Part shown: one piece after another, positions 11,263 to 25,834 of the stretch
Position numbering within the stretch: position 1 is the stretch's first letter
Layout: each line of letters starts with the position of its first letter
DNA from: Hydractinia symbiolongicarpus
Lineage: Eukaryota
Reading direction: 5' to 3'
NCBI RefSeq assembly: GCF_029227915.1
Contig: NC_079879.1
Span: 27,507,095 to 27,571,094, forward strand
DNA: 64,000 nucleotides
Notes under the pieces: model-generated
Told to the model about the DNA's origin: nothing
The model's input: the letters and a program-made list of their open reading frames with translations, nothing else
The model's database searches: none
Program-made: the position numbers and the translations under genes

Positions 11263-14200
11263 TTACATGCCTCTTTTGTAATACTGGCAAACTGAATGGA
11301 CATTTTTAACCCTTCATGTTCTACGAAAAAAGCTGTTTAATCCAATACCTGACTTAGAGTTGGTTGTTGGTTCATGATGTCATGCCTAAATAGTGGAACT
11401 TCTAATTCAATATCTTTAGGGTAGTTTCCACTGCTACAATATATTGTACAAAATTAATTGTACAAAATTGAATATTCTTTTAAAAGAGATTGTACAGATG
11501 TAACCGCGATGTACGTTTTGTTTTTGAAACAAATTAGTTTGATTTTAAGTAGCATGTTCTTATCGAATCAACTTCAAAAGAAATAAATATGTCTTATGTT
11601 TTCTGCGCATTTGAGCATATTCGAAACAAAAGTGTGAACTATTTATATCATTTTTGTACATAATTGTAAAGAATTTTACACTAGTTGCTACAATAAATTG
11701 CACAATATGAGATTGTACAATTTATGTTTCGAGAGTGTATAAGTACCTTCACCATTTCCTTTTTCCCTTTACAGCGAAGACTAATGTTGTGCACATTTAA
11801 CGGCTGTTAGCACTGTACATACGGAAAACATTAGTTACAAGAGTCGATTGGTAGGTTCAAAATTTTGATAAAAAGTAATAATTCAAGGTCAGCCAGTTAC
11901 TGCAAAGAGGTTATCCAAATCAGCCAAAAATACTCGAAAATACGTTTACACTTCATTTCCAGATCCTTTGCTTATTACGGCTCCCGCGCGTCATGGGACT
12001 TAGAAAAAAATCACAAATTAATTGATTGTGTTTATAGGATCATTTTTTTTCTAATGTAATACAAGAACAAGCAATTTTTTTACAGTTCTAAACTTTACCT
12101 AACGAGATTCGATTATGAATAACCTCTGCCATCTAGTAAAGAAAAACATTTCGTTCGTAAAAAACATTCAATCAGTGAAAATGGAAACCAGAATGAGTAC
12201 TAACGATAATAATGATAATAACAAAAACTGTATTTTCATTAAGTTTTATGAATTAGCCATATATCTTCTTCTTGTTGGTTTCAATATGTTTTCCTCCCCA
12301 CGCGAAAATGAAGGCGAACCGATCGCGAAACATTTTTAAGTGAAATGAAATATAATTAAAAAAAACGCAAGTTATCAATTTTATATAAATAGCAAATCTC
12401 ACACTTTTACGGTACAAACGGTACAAAAAGCACATGCGCAAAATTTTATGTTGATGTTTTGCTTTGTTCGGTATTTTTCCAGTTTATTTATGTTCGGCAT
12501 TTCTCCAAAGACCTACCAATCGACTCTAAGTAACTATTGTTTTCCTGTACATACACACTAGCTCGCCCGTTAGCCTAGCTTTCCATTTATCCAGTTTACC
12601 CCAAGGCGCGCGTGTTCCACGTCTCTAGCACTGCCCCTCTACCTTGTTGTATAATCGCTACTTACAAACCATGCAAAGTGGTGCTCTCAACTAATTAAAA
12701 TCTCACCATTACAGGTGCCATTCACCTACCAATTATATTTACCCATGAAATCACGTGACTCAGTCTTCTTTAGCAACGAGAAAGCACAATTTTTCCCTTA
12801 CCCTTTTCACCTCTTATCTATTACATACCAAATCTGTTAATCATGGCGGACAAACAAATCGAGAAAGAAATATATAGAGGTAACCCTTTCCTTATAAACA
12901 GACCCTTCATAATGACCAACTGCTTACGCCAGGTTGGGCGGTTTTGATTCTATCACGGATCAATTTCACTACCCGAGCAGAAAGCGGTATAAGAAACAAG
13001 GCCTGTGCGTCTGATGAAGTCCTTGTTTCTTAGGTCATCCCTTTACCCACACGACATCCTTTCTCTACATACGATACTTCGAATACTCCACTGGAGAGTA
13101 GGGACACGCAATCAAAAAACAAATAACAAGCTGTACAGCAATTTGAGATTCCTAACGATGTTCTTACAGCTGCAAAAATTGCTGCATATCAATTTAAGTT
13201 GCAACATCCATCAAAATGTACATGAACAATGTTTATATTTCTATACTTGGAAATAATATTTTATTATTTTATATATATGCGGTTTGATATTGAGTTTCCA
13301 GTTCAACATTTGTTTATTCTATCCCCTTAGCCAAGATTTTCTTACTATTTTATTATAACAAAAAAGAAAAATTGTATTAGGTCACCCTTCCGCACGCAAA
13401 AAAAGCTGGTACCTAAAAATTTGTGAGGGTGTGGTGAGTGTTTTTTCGTTCTCCACCCTCTTCCTGCACAGATTGTCAAACTGACTTCGCTTCCTCCGTA
13501 TTGACCTTGCATCGATAGATGGAAGACTTACCAAATTCACGAAAGTTGTGACAACAAGATTTTGAGAAATACGCCTGGCAAAGGTATTTTCCGCCAATCT
13601 AGAAGTCTCACATTCGTAATTTTTACCATGGTCGGGGGTTACGGAGCCTATATTTTAAAAATTACACATGCAAAGCATATCAGTAGGGTTGGTGTCTATG
13701 AATATTGCGCACAATATATTGTAGCAGTAGAAACTATCCTTTAGGAACCAATCAAGAAATTTTTAAAAAAGTATGCAAATTCCTAGTAACATTTCAAGCA
13801 TATAAAATTAACTTGTGTTTCTCAGAATTAAAGCTTAAAAGTTTTCTTATCTGGCAAATGTTTACAGGGACCCTTCTTTTGGCATCGTTAAAAACACATG
13901 ATGAATAACAACACAAATATCAAAGCAAGGTATCATAGTAGGGAAAGCCAGCAAAACTAGAATAACCAATTTGATTCTCAATTAAGAATAGTTATTTGTT
14001 ACATTTAAAAAAACTATTTTCTGAACACAATTACAATTAAATTAAAGCATAGTCATGTGACTTCCTTGATTGAATAGGATATTGAAGAAAAACAGAGTTG
14101 ATTATATAATTTGTTGTTTAGCTACTTACTCTTTGTTTTCTTTGCAACGACATACTTTTTCAATCTTCTTAAAAGTTATTGGATTTAGCTAAAAAATAAT

Positions 14201-14770
14201 AGTAGTAACATCTACTTCACTTTTAAAGGAATTAACAACAGTTGTTTGTCTATGGAATAATTCACTGGTATATTTTGTTCATCTTTAACAAGTGTTGATT
14301 TACACCGGCTGGGTGGTCCGAAAACGGCGCACAGCCATTTAGAGCAGAACAAGGCTAACGTAGCAGACGAGATTAGCTCTAAAGACAAGTTATTTTTTCT
14401 GAAATACTTTTATACAAAAGTATTTTTACTGAATTATAAACAGTAATTCAAAATATGTTAGGGGAATTTTATACACAATTTTATGTCAATGAAAAAATTT
14501 TTTTGTAAGGTAACCCTAAATTTGTTGAAAAATATTTATGTGTCAAATACAAGGGAAAGTTTGGATATTAGGATATTCAGTGAGAAACGGACAAGTCTAA
14601 ATTTAACTTACTAATCGCGGATTGTTTATAGCTCCGTATCCCTGAAAAAAAAACGGAAATAATTTTCTAAAAGCTGGTTTTTATGTAACAAAAAAATCCA
14701 TTTCCTTTTTTTCTCAAGTTTTGATTTATCAAAGCTTAGGGTTGGATATCGACAGTTTTCTGGTTTGAGG

Positions 14771-14932
14771 AACTAAAGGGAGATTTTCACAAAGCGAATT
14801 GAACGGCGAATTGTATCTGAGCATGCACATTTTTGTTTGTTTTGATTTTGCATAGAACTCCACATGCTCAGATACAATTCGCCGTCTAATTCGCCACTCA
14901 ATTCGCTTCGTGAAAACCCCCTTTTAAGGCTA
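14771..14932. repeat. Inverted repeat / MITE-like hairpin with ~45-bp arms
   Basis: 'cgaattgaacggcgaattgtatctgagcatg' at 14797-14827 pairs with 'catgctcagatacaattcgccgtctaattcg' at 14864-14894. The flanks 'tttcacaaagcg' and 'cgcttcgtgaaaa' are also complementary. Confidence 0.75.
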
Positions 14933-17900
14933 ATTCAAGTAAAAGACAAACTTCGTTCCTAGTATTCAAAAGAATGTTACATGTCAATCGCGCCCACACA
15001 CGCGTTTTTCTTAACCTTGTTCCCACGGCTTCTATTTGAAGTGGCTCTTTTGGTTTTCTATGCAGATAAAAACTGCGTTTGTTTTAAGATCAGGGTGTGG
15101 CATATTGGTTAACGTGGAATGCTTAATAACCATGGATGTTGTTTCGACGTCTGCAGAATCTTAATTAGCATTTTCCGCTTTTAAATATTTGAGGAGAACT
15201 GTGATTAAAGTTTTGATGACCTTGCAGAAAATATAAAAAACAACTGAGTGTTATAAGCCTATAACTATTAATAATAATGATATTCGTTTCGCCGAATCAT
15301 CATTTTTGTTGGGAAGTATGGGTACCAGTTTAAACTTAATATTATCGGCAAATAGCTAGATAAGGCCTGTGCGGTGTGTGCATTGTTAAGTACCTTCATT
15401 TCTCTCTAATGTTTTGTGTCTTTTTTCCGTTTTTGTAAAATTAAAATTCAGAATAAAAAATAATAATTTATGAAAGATTTTACTGCGCCATGAAAATATA
15501 AAAATTTGTGTGGTTATGTTTGTTGTTACTTGTAATAAATAAAAAAAAGTTTCTTGTATAAAACTGACCAACACTTATAATAAGCACTCACATTCCTAGT
15601 TGTAAAAAGTTTACCTCCTGCTCATACTTCTGTCTTAATATTAGGACATCAAAAGAAAAAAACTTTACCAAACAAGAGCAAAAATATTTCATACCTCGTT
15701 GTTGTTCTTTGAGATAAGTGCTGTTTTATCTTTGTTTGGGTCAACGCGTAGCTCAAAACCAACATCGCCTTCCATCTTCTAACAGAAAGAAAAATGTTTT
15801 AAGCTACCAGTCTTTAAAAGCTGTTAAGCTCAGTACCGTGCAATCTTAATTTAGCATATTCTTTTGTTATCTCTCGTACTTATATAAATTGTAATTAAAA
15901 TCTAATCCATTGGCTAAGAAGGTTTTAAATATGTAATTTGCAGAACAAATTAGGGCTTTTTTAATACATGTTAAAAAAATTGAATTGTGGTCGCAAGGGA
16001 ACCAAATCTTTAACTTTGCCTTTACTGTTTAATACCTAATTTGCTAGTATTGACTCTCTGCTCATCTTTCTTTTGCACGCACTGCCAATACTAATATGCT
16101 ATCGATGAAGAATATCGGAGCCTTTTGCTTAGACTTAAAAATGAAATGCTTTCGCTTTGTCGTCGTTTCGCTTAGCCGATTAAACCGTCTTCTTAGAGAC
16201 GACTTCTTTATTTTAGAACAACAAACATTAGGGAAAGCCTGCAGAGAATTCACTTACAGTGATTACGCCTTACACCATAACCTCCTATGCACATTCTTTT
16301 AAACCACAGACAAATATTGTTAATAATATGACAAGTCTTGACGGAGTCCGCTTTATAACAACTTTATAATCTTATAACGATGAAACACTATTGTGTGAGA
16401 AAATATGTATATTATTAACCTATGTAAACAAACTATAAAGCTAACTAGTGTTAAAGAAAATAATTCTTGACAAGCAGTTTTATTTTACCTCCGGCCTAGG
16501 AATTCTAACCTAATTATTTATTTAGTTATTTAGTGCGTTCCTATTGGTACTGTTCTTAATGAATGTTCTGCGAAGGGGGTTCTATTTCAGTTGTAGTTTT
16601 CTAAATAACCAGAACTGTGAGATCGCAACCGCTGGACTAAGGATCGATTTACACTTTCGTAGTCTCTGGTATGACTCGGTCAGACCCTCTACTTTCGGTA
16701 TTGGATACTTCGATCTGCAGGTAAATATAATATAATCAAATATAACCGGTTACAGCTGAAGTAATAAAGAATCCCGGCGACGTAATTATTTTTTCTCAAT
16801 TCGTAAAATTAAGAAGTTGGAGAAGTTATAAGAATGTTGAAAACTCAAGTAGTTGCAGTTAAATTAACGTTACTTTATTTATTTTGTGAACAACCACTCA
16901 TGAACTAGGGAGATACACACTCACAGAAACCTATTACTACCCTTCATATTCACGAAAAAGCAATAGAAATAAAGGCAACTAGTATTAACACCCCTCCCCC
17001 CCGGGTAACCAATAATATTAACCTTTCTCTCAGAAATATAACGAGGCTACCACAACGAAAAATGTGTAGATAATGATATGAAAACGAGATAAGAGCAGCT
17101 ATTTTAAACTTTATTAGGAAAGTTTCTTTATTTTATTGTTATAGTACACTAAGTTACAAAATTTATTACTAAGACATAACACAACTATAAGGGCTGGATT
17201 ACACTAGTTATATTTTTCTACTTAGTTTATGTAAAAGCTTAACTACAATGCAATATCTGCAAATAAAATATGCTGAACGAGCATAAACGATAAACAAAAA
17301 AGTGGAAAAGTGTTGCTTATGTAAATGTTTGGTTTTTTTTTTTGCTTTGTAAGCTAATTTTATGTTTTCCTGTTTTACAGACAAAACTGTTTTTAACGTC
17401 TCAGGCTTCTCACCTTGCCTCTCTGGGATGTGGTTTAAGCAGTAACAGCAACAAAACAAAAAGAATTATAGGGAGAAGACGTGCAGTATTTCCTTTAGTA
17501 GCTTCATGCTATCAACTGACTAAAACTTGCAAATAAAAATTCAAAAAGTGCGGTATTATCCCACCCAAATAATAACCTCTGAGATGGGGTTGCTGTATAG
17601 CAAGTTTTCACAGTCAAACCTTTAAAATTATCGACCTTCATTGTTAAGTGGCTTTGGTAGGTATTCGGATTTGATTGTTTCTTTCAAAAATGCTTAGTAG
17701 CTATAATATTCAGCCACGTTTTTAAATAAAAACTGATAACTTGATCCATTGTTATGATAAACCGATAAATGATTCACTCTTATAGGACGCCCCATTTTTC
17801 ACTCAACAATTAGCTTTCCAATATTTAAACCGCGATTAGTGGCTAAGAAATAAAGAGCTCGCCAGTTTATGTTTTGTATGGTTGTGTATTCCAGTTTATC

Positions 17901-20366
17901 TTCTTTCTAACGCTTTTTAAGACATCCCAGTCCTCAGAACTTTTGCAGCTGTTTTTTCCCCGGATATTTGCGGGACCAGTTCCTTAAAGATTAAATATCG
18001 TAATACCTTGGCTTCAGACTTTTCCGTCATAAAATCTCAAATCCAAAAAATCGCCATGTTATTAATGCTGTGTTATAAAGTTATTGTCTGTTAATCTCTT
18101 CCTTCCTTTTTTTCGTTTTATATTTACTGAATTTTTTTGTTTTTGCACTGTTATTAATCATTAATTAACTTTTTTTTATTCAATCAAACTTTTGATTAAC
18201 ACTTTTAAATGCACATGTTCGCCATTGTACAGTGAAACTTTCTTACAGCAGACACCCTTTATAGCGGACGCCTCTCTGCAGCGAATACTTTTTTTAGGGA
18301 CGCATATGGTTAATAACAAAACACCTAAGTAGGGGAATTTTATAGCATACACCTCTTGACGGACATTTCAAGGTGGAACGAATTTCGAAAACTCCGGGAA
18401 ACAATTAAAACAAAAACAAACAAATCAAAACAGTTTTTTAACTTTATCAAGATTAATTAAATAGCTTCAATTTTGGGCAGAAAAACAATAACGGTTTCGC
18501 CTTCTTTTCACCACACGCATTGGAAGATTACATCACTCACTCCCATTGTACACAATCTAAAAGAAAAAGAAAACATTTTCATATAGTGAAGCTTCCAGTA
18601 CCTTTAAGGGATGGCCAAGTCAATGGAATTGAAAGCACTGTTTTTCATCTCATAAATAATTAAGGCTAATTCGGAAAAGTAATAAATGAAAAAAACTAAA
18701 CAATTTGGCAACTTCACTAATTTTATATGCAAAGTTCCAACCAAACCAACAGTTTCCAAATCTGACAAAATCATTTTAGAAGTGTTTATTTTTTCAGAAT
18801 TTGATTGATGCAAGGCCAAGGGAAATTAAATTGTCCTAGACCCATTCAAAACCATATGCTTCTCGTCATTCAGGTTTTTTTCAACCAACATTAATGTAAT
18901 CACCCAGAGGAAATTATAATGTCTCTTGTGTGTGTTTTAGAAGCTGAGTACACAAATACACAAATATCACAAGTGCTGAACTTTGGCAATCATATTTTGC
19001 AATCAGACCCTTTGAAAAACTATGCTGAATCATGTCAATTATTAAATTCAGCACTAATAGAAAAGCACCTTGGATAGGATTCTTTGTTGGATGAATAAAA
19101 TGACTGACAAATGGTTTATCGTGAATGAAACAGTAATTTTTACACAAATAATTTAAAAAATAATAAACTTTTTTATGTGGGTTGTTCTCAAACACACGTG
19201 GGCGGTGAACAAGAAACTGTGATGTAATTTCTTTTGGTCTATTATTCCTGAGAATATTCTAAAATAAGAGGGTGTCAATAACCTGCAAACGGCGATAAGG
19301 GCGAGTTCGGGCAACTTTTCCAATTAAATTAGTGGTTGTCTTCCAAAACCACCCGCACTTTCCCGAACTTGCCTGGAGCACTTCCAAATTCAATTCCTTG
19401 TAACATACCTTGTGGAAGATAGTTGGAAAAAGATGCTTTAAGAGAAAGGAGTTAATAAAGTTTAAAAAGTATTTATCAAGTGAATTTTATCAAAAACCAT
19501 CAAAAACAGTTTTTTTAAGAACTTTGCTACCACATAGTTTATTTTATGGTCTATGCGGGTTTTTTCGGGTGAATACTTTAATTTTTTTCTAAACGCTAAC
19601 TTACCCAAAAACGCCTGCGTTATACGGCGTATGCAGCTTATTAGTACCCTTGTTTTAAAATTACAAGCAGTTTCGAAGATGCCCACGCCGTTTAGAGGAC
19701 GTGTGCGGCTTGGGCATCCTTGGAGTTCTGTTTAATGACAGTTTTAATGTTTTAATGTTGTTTTAAACCTTGTTCTCAGGGAGGGTGTACTAATTCCTAT
19801 TGACAATTACATTGCTGTTGGTTTGCTAGCAAAGGTGGGTATTTTTTTAATTACTGTAACAGGTTACTTATATAATAAATAAAAAACTGTGATAAAAAAC
19901 GGTTGGTCAGCTCACTCTAGCACCCAGAGCTATTTGTTTCGTCTGCGCCTTAGCTACAGGTTTTCCTATATCTGGCTATCAGTTAGGTAGTAATACAGCT
20001 TCTCCATATGTATTCTACATTTTATTTCTTTCCAATCCAACTCAAATCTCCAGAAAAAGCACAGCAACAAAAAGCTTAAAATACACAAGTAAAGTCGATT
20101 AGAAACAGGACTAGCAATAAAAGAAGAAAACCGTTTTAATACTATTATGTTTCATTAAATTACAACTATAATAGTATTAGAAGCAAAATTGCAAAATAAT
20201 TAATTAATTATTTATAAAATAATTAGCTATAATACAAAGAAATAAAGCATATTTTAGGTCTGTAAAATATACGTGTCTAAAATGCCGACTACCGTTTCTT
20301 GTTCACAGCATATTCCTCTTTGTGTGTTCAAGTTCGGCGGACGTATAATCCGGACCAAAAGACGGG

Positions 20367-20420
20367 GGTGGGGGTGGGGGGCAAAATCCGGTGGTGGGGG
20401 GGGGGGGAGGGGTACGAGCC
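20367..20420 (+). repeat. G-rich low-complexity tract (runs of G5-G13) with G-quadruplex potential
   Basis: 'gggggtgggggtggggggcaaaatccggtggtggggggggggggaggggtac'. Confidence 0.7.
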
Positions 20421-20691
20421 GTACTTATTGCATTTTTTACTAGACTTATACTTTAACCCCTCGGTCCAAACTTATTTGTTTTATTAGAAAAAAAAATACC
20501 CTAGCTTTATGTGCAAAAATATCAGTCCTATTTCTTTACGCTGATTTTATATGATTTTTTTTCTATCGAAATTTTGAGAATCTCAATAATTCTCTTGGTA
20601 TACCTCGCGTGTAGCAAACGTGCTCCATAATTTCGCTTCGCTCGCAAAGCTCAATTGCTTCGCAAAAATTAAATGTACAATTGTTAAAATT

Positions 20692-21872
20692 TCATCCGGA
20701 AAAAAGTAAAGAGAGGGTTGAAGACTGCGTGGAACTGGAAGTATTAAGAGCTGTGGATTGGTTATGTACGTCAAGTTGGTTATTACTTGAGCTCAACATG
20801 TTTGACATTTTGTAACGGTGAGTGGTACTAGCTGATTTGTAATTTTTTAACGAATCAATGTTCTTGTGACCACTGTGTTGCGCTACATAAACTTCGGGGA
20901 CATTTGCATCCAATAGCTTTCCAATCGATATTTTTTTTAACGAATGATTTGCCACTTTTCTGCCTGTAAGCCCGTGTTTTTTGGAACTTAAAAGTTCTCC
21001 AATTTTATTTTTCCCGAGGGGAGTTTTCAAATACCAACTGTCTTCTTTTGTGTAGTCAGTTTTTTGCCACAATGTAAGAAAAAAGGCGGGTTTTCCATCC
21101 GCACTTCCTCCACTTGATGTTTATAAAGGGAGACTGGGAATCTTTCCGTTACGGTGGCAGATGCAGTGGGATAGAAAAATCTTTTTTCTTCCCTTTCATT
21201 TCCTTTTCTGGTTTTCGTACCTTTTTCCTTTACCAAAATTGAACATTCCCCTTTTTCTGGATCGTTTTCCAACACAATGTCTCCCCAAAGCAACTCTCTG
21301 GCCTCATCTCTTGCACGAAAGCCAAAATGTAATGAGATAACCCGCCACATTGTTCTTTGCAGTGTGAGTGCATCCTGTTTTCCAAAAAAGCCAGTCTTGT
21401 ATAATTTTTCAATTTCATGTTTATCCAATTCCCTTGTAGCATTTGGTTTACTTCCGTACCCAAGTTTTGTTAACTGCTTTCGTTTTGTTGCTAACACCTT
21501 TCTGGACTTTTCAAAATCATCATTAACAAGGATGTTAAAAGGAACTTTTATACTGTCTAGATGTCTTTGTAAGCCACGGTGTAGTGATGTAAGGGTGTCA
21601 GGTTCATATTCTTTTCCGTTCTTTTGTTTGACATTAATAAATAGTTTGCACAGTGTGTTGTTCAGTTCTTCTGGTGGTATGAGATGAGGCGGTCTATATT
21701 CTTGAATGCTTCGACAATACCTGACAAAGGTGTTTGCTGCAAAAGAATTATAATACTTTGTAGCTTTTGTAGACTGTTGTCCTGCTTTGAATTCGTCTAT
21801 GTCATTTAAATCGTCAAATAAACTATCGTCTACCAGACAAAAACAAGGAGTAATTGACTTTTTTCTACCACT
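20692..21872 (-). pseudogene. Crypton-like tyrosine recombinase / DUF3504-type ORF (Crypton-derived), disrupted by one frameshift and lacking an in-frame ATG
   Basis: Hand translation from the upstream stop at 21873-75 gives an N-terminal SAM-like region '..KYYNSFAANTFVRYCRSIQEYRPPHLIPPEELNNTLCKLFINVKQKNGKEYEPDTLTSLHRGLQRHLDSIKVPFNILVNDDFEKSRKVLATKRKQL..'. After a -1/+1 frame switch near 21030-21070, the C-terminal recombinase core follows: 'PLGKNKIGELL..GRKVANHSLKKISIGKLLDANVPEVYVAQHSGHKNIDSLKNYKSAS', which is the HxLR..GH..Y tyrosine-recombinase motif with R replaced by K. Confidence 0.6.
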
Positions 21873-24800
21873 TTAAATTAACTTTCTTGTTTTGTTTTTG
21901 TTTAGATGTCGGTTAATACGGCGTGATATAGACTGATGAATAATTATTATTTTCTTCTTATTGTTGTTATTAATATAAATAATTCTGCTAGGGTCATACA
22001 TACAATCGAACATAGCTTAACCCTTTTATTCGGTTCGGGAACTTTTTAAAAGCTTGTCAAAATTGAAACAAACTCGGCACACTTATAGTACGTCATAAGA
22101 AGGATAAATTGGCAGCAACGAGTTTAAAGTCAACAGTTTTCCTGTGATGTTATTGAAAGCTTAAAATTCAGCTTGTCTGCTTAAAATTGAATTACTTTAG
22201 TTCTAGAGCGAATTTTCACATTCTGTAAACATTTTCCATTACTGAGTGTGTAAACGGTAGGAGATGTCGTACTTATTAAAGACGATGTACTCACACCTTG
22301 CAGTGGACGGAGAAAAAATGGTAATGTTAGCAAGTACGAGATGTTAAGCTGGATTTATTGCCAAAACAAAGAAATTTAGTGTCGTGTTTTCGTCCTGTGC
22401 GGATACAATTTGAAATAGTTCATTATAAACCATATGAGAAGAAATTGCACGAGGAAGCGCCAGTAAGTAGCGGAAAAATGACCAGAAGAGCTGCAACTGA
22501 AGGACAATGTTTAAGATAGTAAAGAGATGGTTTTATTTGTTCGCCTGAGTCAGGGGTGAAACAAGTCTCAGTTTCTTTATATTGATTTAATCACATTAGC
22601 ATTTTTACGTTGAAATATTCTACATGTACTTATATTAAGATGAGTTGTTTAATACAAATGCAAAAAAATATCTATTATCCGTTTTATAAATCTTTTCATG
22701 TAAAATATATGATTGCTAATTAAGTTAATTGAAATCACTCCATTATAATTAAGCTTTCTAATTAGGTGCAGCATTTATGCTGATGCTTACATTTCAATGA
22801 AGATTTAACGTAAACAAAACTTACAACTCATTTACTAAGCTCGCTTGTAAATGTAGTAGTTCTCAATATTAAATATTACAATATTACTTCTGTTATGGAT
22901 TAACTTGTTCGTCGTCAAACATTTATGATATTTCAAGATTGTTCAGGTAAGGTTAAACTTTAAACTTAAGTGTTATTATGTATATTATACTTGTAGTAAG
23001 CTCTTATAAGAAAAAGTGAATGGCAGTACCCGAGCCAAATGTCAAGAAAGCAGGCCTGTAGCAGGCAACAACTTTTTTTGGGAATACAATGTGATGTCTT
23101 TCCATAGGACTATTGAAACTGACTCTAAAAACCATCAGAATTAACAATTCATATCATTTTTAGAAAATTTCTAGTCGAAAATTTTCTTACAAAATCTCAT
23201 TATTGCCTGAAACAGTTAGTTTTGTTGTCTGTAATAAATACACATGCTGAAAAACAAAAAAGAATGAAATATTGTGGCAATCTTTAAGAATCTAACACCA
23301 TCTCCCGAGAACTATTTCAGCTGACCAGAATTTTTTTATAGATATAACGTTTTTGGTCGTATTGACATTTTAATTATCTTAGGTAAACGTATTTACAGTT
23401 TATCAAGAGTATTTAAAGGATGACAGTTAGCGCGCAACCTACATCTGCAGCAATAAGTTGTGTAGACATAATGATGCAACCAGCAGTAGAGGAAAAAGTA
23501 AATCCAATTGCACAATTAGTGCCATCTGTACCTTTAGTGGAAATCGCAGTTGTAAGTATTTTAGTCATTATATCAGCGTAACAGCTTGAATCTAAGCTAA
23601 ATTGTTTCTCCTTATCTTTTGATTGTTTTAATAATAATTGCTTAAAATACAACACGCACTTACTCTCATTGAAGAAGTGGAGTGGTAAAACTTGTCAATG
23701 ATATAGTTTGAGAAAAAATAATTAACATAGATATTTTTGTTAACGTCAGTATTTTTGCAATGACATCATTAAAACTTAATGAAATACATTATATACCTTT
23801 CACACGAAAACTATGGTTGACGTAATGCATGCTTGTGTACATGCCTTAAGTCAAAAATCCATGAAAAATTTAATTTAATTTAAACACTTTAACTAAGATT
23901 TTCACCCATAAAATCCGTGTTTTCCGATTTTCAGGATTTTAATGCGATTGATGAAACTTATCGTTTTTTTGGCATTTTCGGGATAGTTAGTTTATCACTT
24001 CTGTATCATAGTACAATTGTTTTATGTCGAGTTTTATGTCCTTAACGTTATTCTGGCAGAACTTATGGACAGCGGGCAGCAGGGATGCCTCCTCCATACC
24101 TACAAATATAGAGGGGTATACTTTTAGAACTCCGAAAAAAGCCCATAGCAAGGAATACCCTAGAAAAGTTGTGGTTGTTATGACAGACACCATTATTTTT
24201 TATAAGCAATAAAGAATGTGGGAAAGAATCTTGCAGAGATGGAAATGAAGAAAATATTTTATTTAATAGAAAGAAAACAAAATTTATGGTAATATAAAAG
24301 AAAGGAGAGGTAATATAGATGTAGAGACGACAAAAGGGCGAATAGACAGAATAGAAAAATACAAATACCTAAAAAATCGGCTTTAATTTTTTACACAAAT
24401 TACTAAAGTGGAAAAGCAAATTAAAGGGATAATAAAAAAGTATGTATAGGACAGAAAGAATTGGTTATGAAGATGGCAACAGATGTCAAAGCTGTAGGCT
24501 GTTGCACGCGCCCTAATATACAATTTAAAATATTAGAGAGAAATGGCAGGGGAAATTACTGAAAAGGCTACTGAAACTGCTAAAAACATTTGTGGCATTA
24601 ATAAAGAACTTGGGTTATGAAGAAAAGGAATATTTATCAAAGACAAATGCTTTATCAAAATATCAGTCTGATGATAAAAGGCTTGAGAAACAGATAATAC
24701 AGGATTGAAATGATAGTGCACAGAATAGATAATATATGAAAACAAAATTGCGAGAAATATTAGGATGGAACTTGACAATATGGTGATAATAACGAAAGTA

Positions 24801-25164
24801 GAATGGAGGAGGCAGCATAATTGTATCAATTTAACCTAAAATTCTGTAAACCTAGCATGTTAAAATCCTCTTACAATTATCATGGACTTCACAGTAAGTT
24901 AAGAACATTTCAAATCAATCATAATACGACTGATTTCTTTCCCAATTTTTTGTCATCTTTGTGAAAATTTGAGAGTAATTTATATTTGTAACTAGCCTCA
25001 CTAATTTCGAGGGTTATATCTCGTCCGTTGTTTCAAAGAAGAAACACTAAAGCGGTTTTTGGGTTGTTAAACCTGTAATTTTCACCCAACTACAAGATTA
25101 CCTAATGTGGATTTCGAACCGACAATCTATGAATCTGGACCCTGTTTACACGCATTTTTTTTTT

Positions 25165-25830
25165 ATTTCGGTGTATTCATCCCACCAAATGCGTTTATTA
25201 TCAAACATATGTTTGTTACTAAACTCATGAAAAGTTTATTATCATCTAACTAATTCTGCAGTAAGATTATGCGTTCACACTGAACTTAATTTTGGAACGA
25301 AAGTTAGGATTTGTGAGTATAGCTGCGGACAGCAGACAGCGAGGAAATTTAAACTTTTCACAAACTCATTTTTTTTAAAAAAAATAAACATCTCGTTCAA
25401 ACCCTAGTTTTAATTTCCCTCTCTTCAACCATTCTCTTGTCCGACTATTTCCTTATATCCATTGTTAGCTTTATCATAGCGACACCTCAGACAGTGCTTT
25501 CTCTGCTATTCCTATTTTAGGTTTCATCACGTATTATTATTTTTGACTATTGTCAACGTCGTTTTTTCTACACAATGCTCTCATGAAACCCACTCTCACT
25601 TTGAGCATGGTGGTCAAAACAAAACATTTCTTTGATGTTGAATAAACTCATGTTAAACGCAGGATTTAATGTCAAAACTTTTTGATACTAAACGCATGCA
25701 TAAACATGTTTATCGCATGTAAAATCGTCATGCGTTTATTTTTTAGCATTCCCACCTATAAGTTTAACTTTCAAACTTTTAAAATGAACGTATGTTTATC
25801 ATTAAAAGCATTGGTGGGAACCAGGCTTTA
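25165..25830. mobile_element. MITE-like non-autonomous element (~660 bp) bounded by ~25-bp terminal inverted repeats
   Basis: 25170 'tcccaccaaatgcgtttattatcaaac' is the reverse complement of 25797-25826 'gtttatcattaaaagcattggtggga'. The interior carries repeated 'aaacgcatg..ataaaca' motifs. Confidence 0.5.
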
Positions 25831-25834
25831 CTGT

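Noticed and set aside
12843-12885. Possible plus-strand first exon 'MADKQIEKEIYR' followed by gtaacc
   Set aside because: It is too short to score. No downstream exon could be linked by eye and the donor is weak. It is not reported as a feature.
15695-15780. Possible minus-strand exon 'KMEGDVGFELRVDPNKDKTALISKNNNE' ending at a gtatg donor
   Set aside because: It reads cleanly with an ATG and a donor, but no family is recognisable and there is no partner exon. Coding evidence is insufficient.
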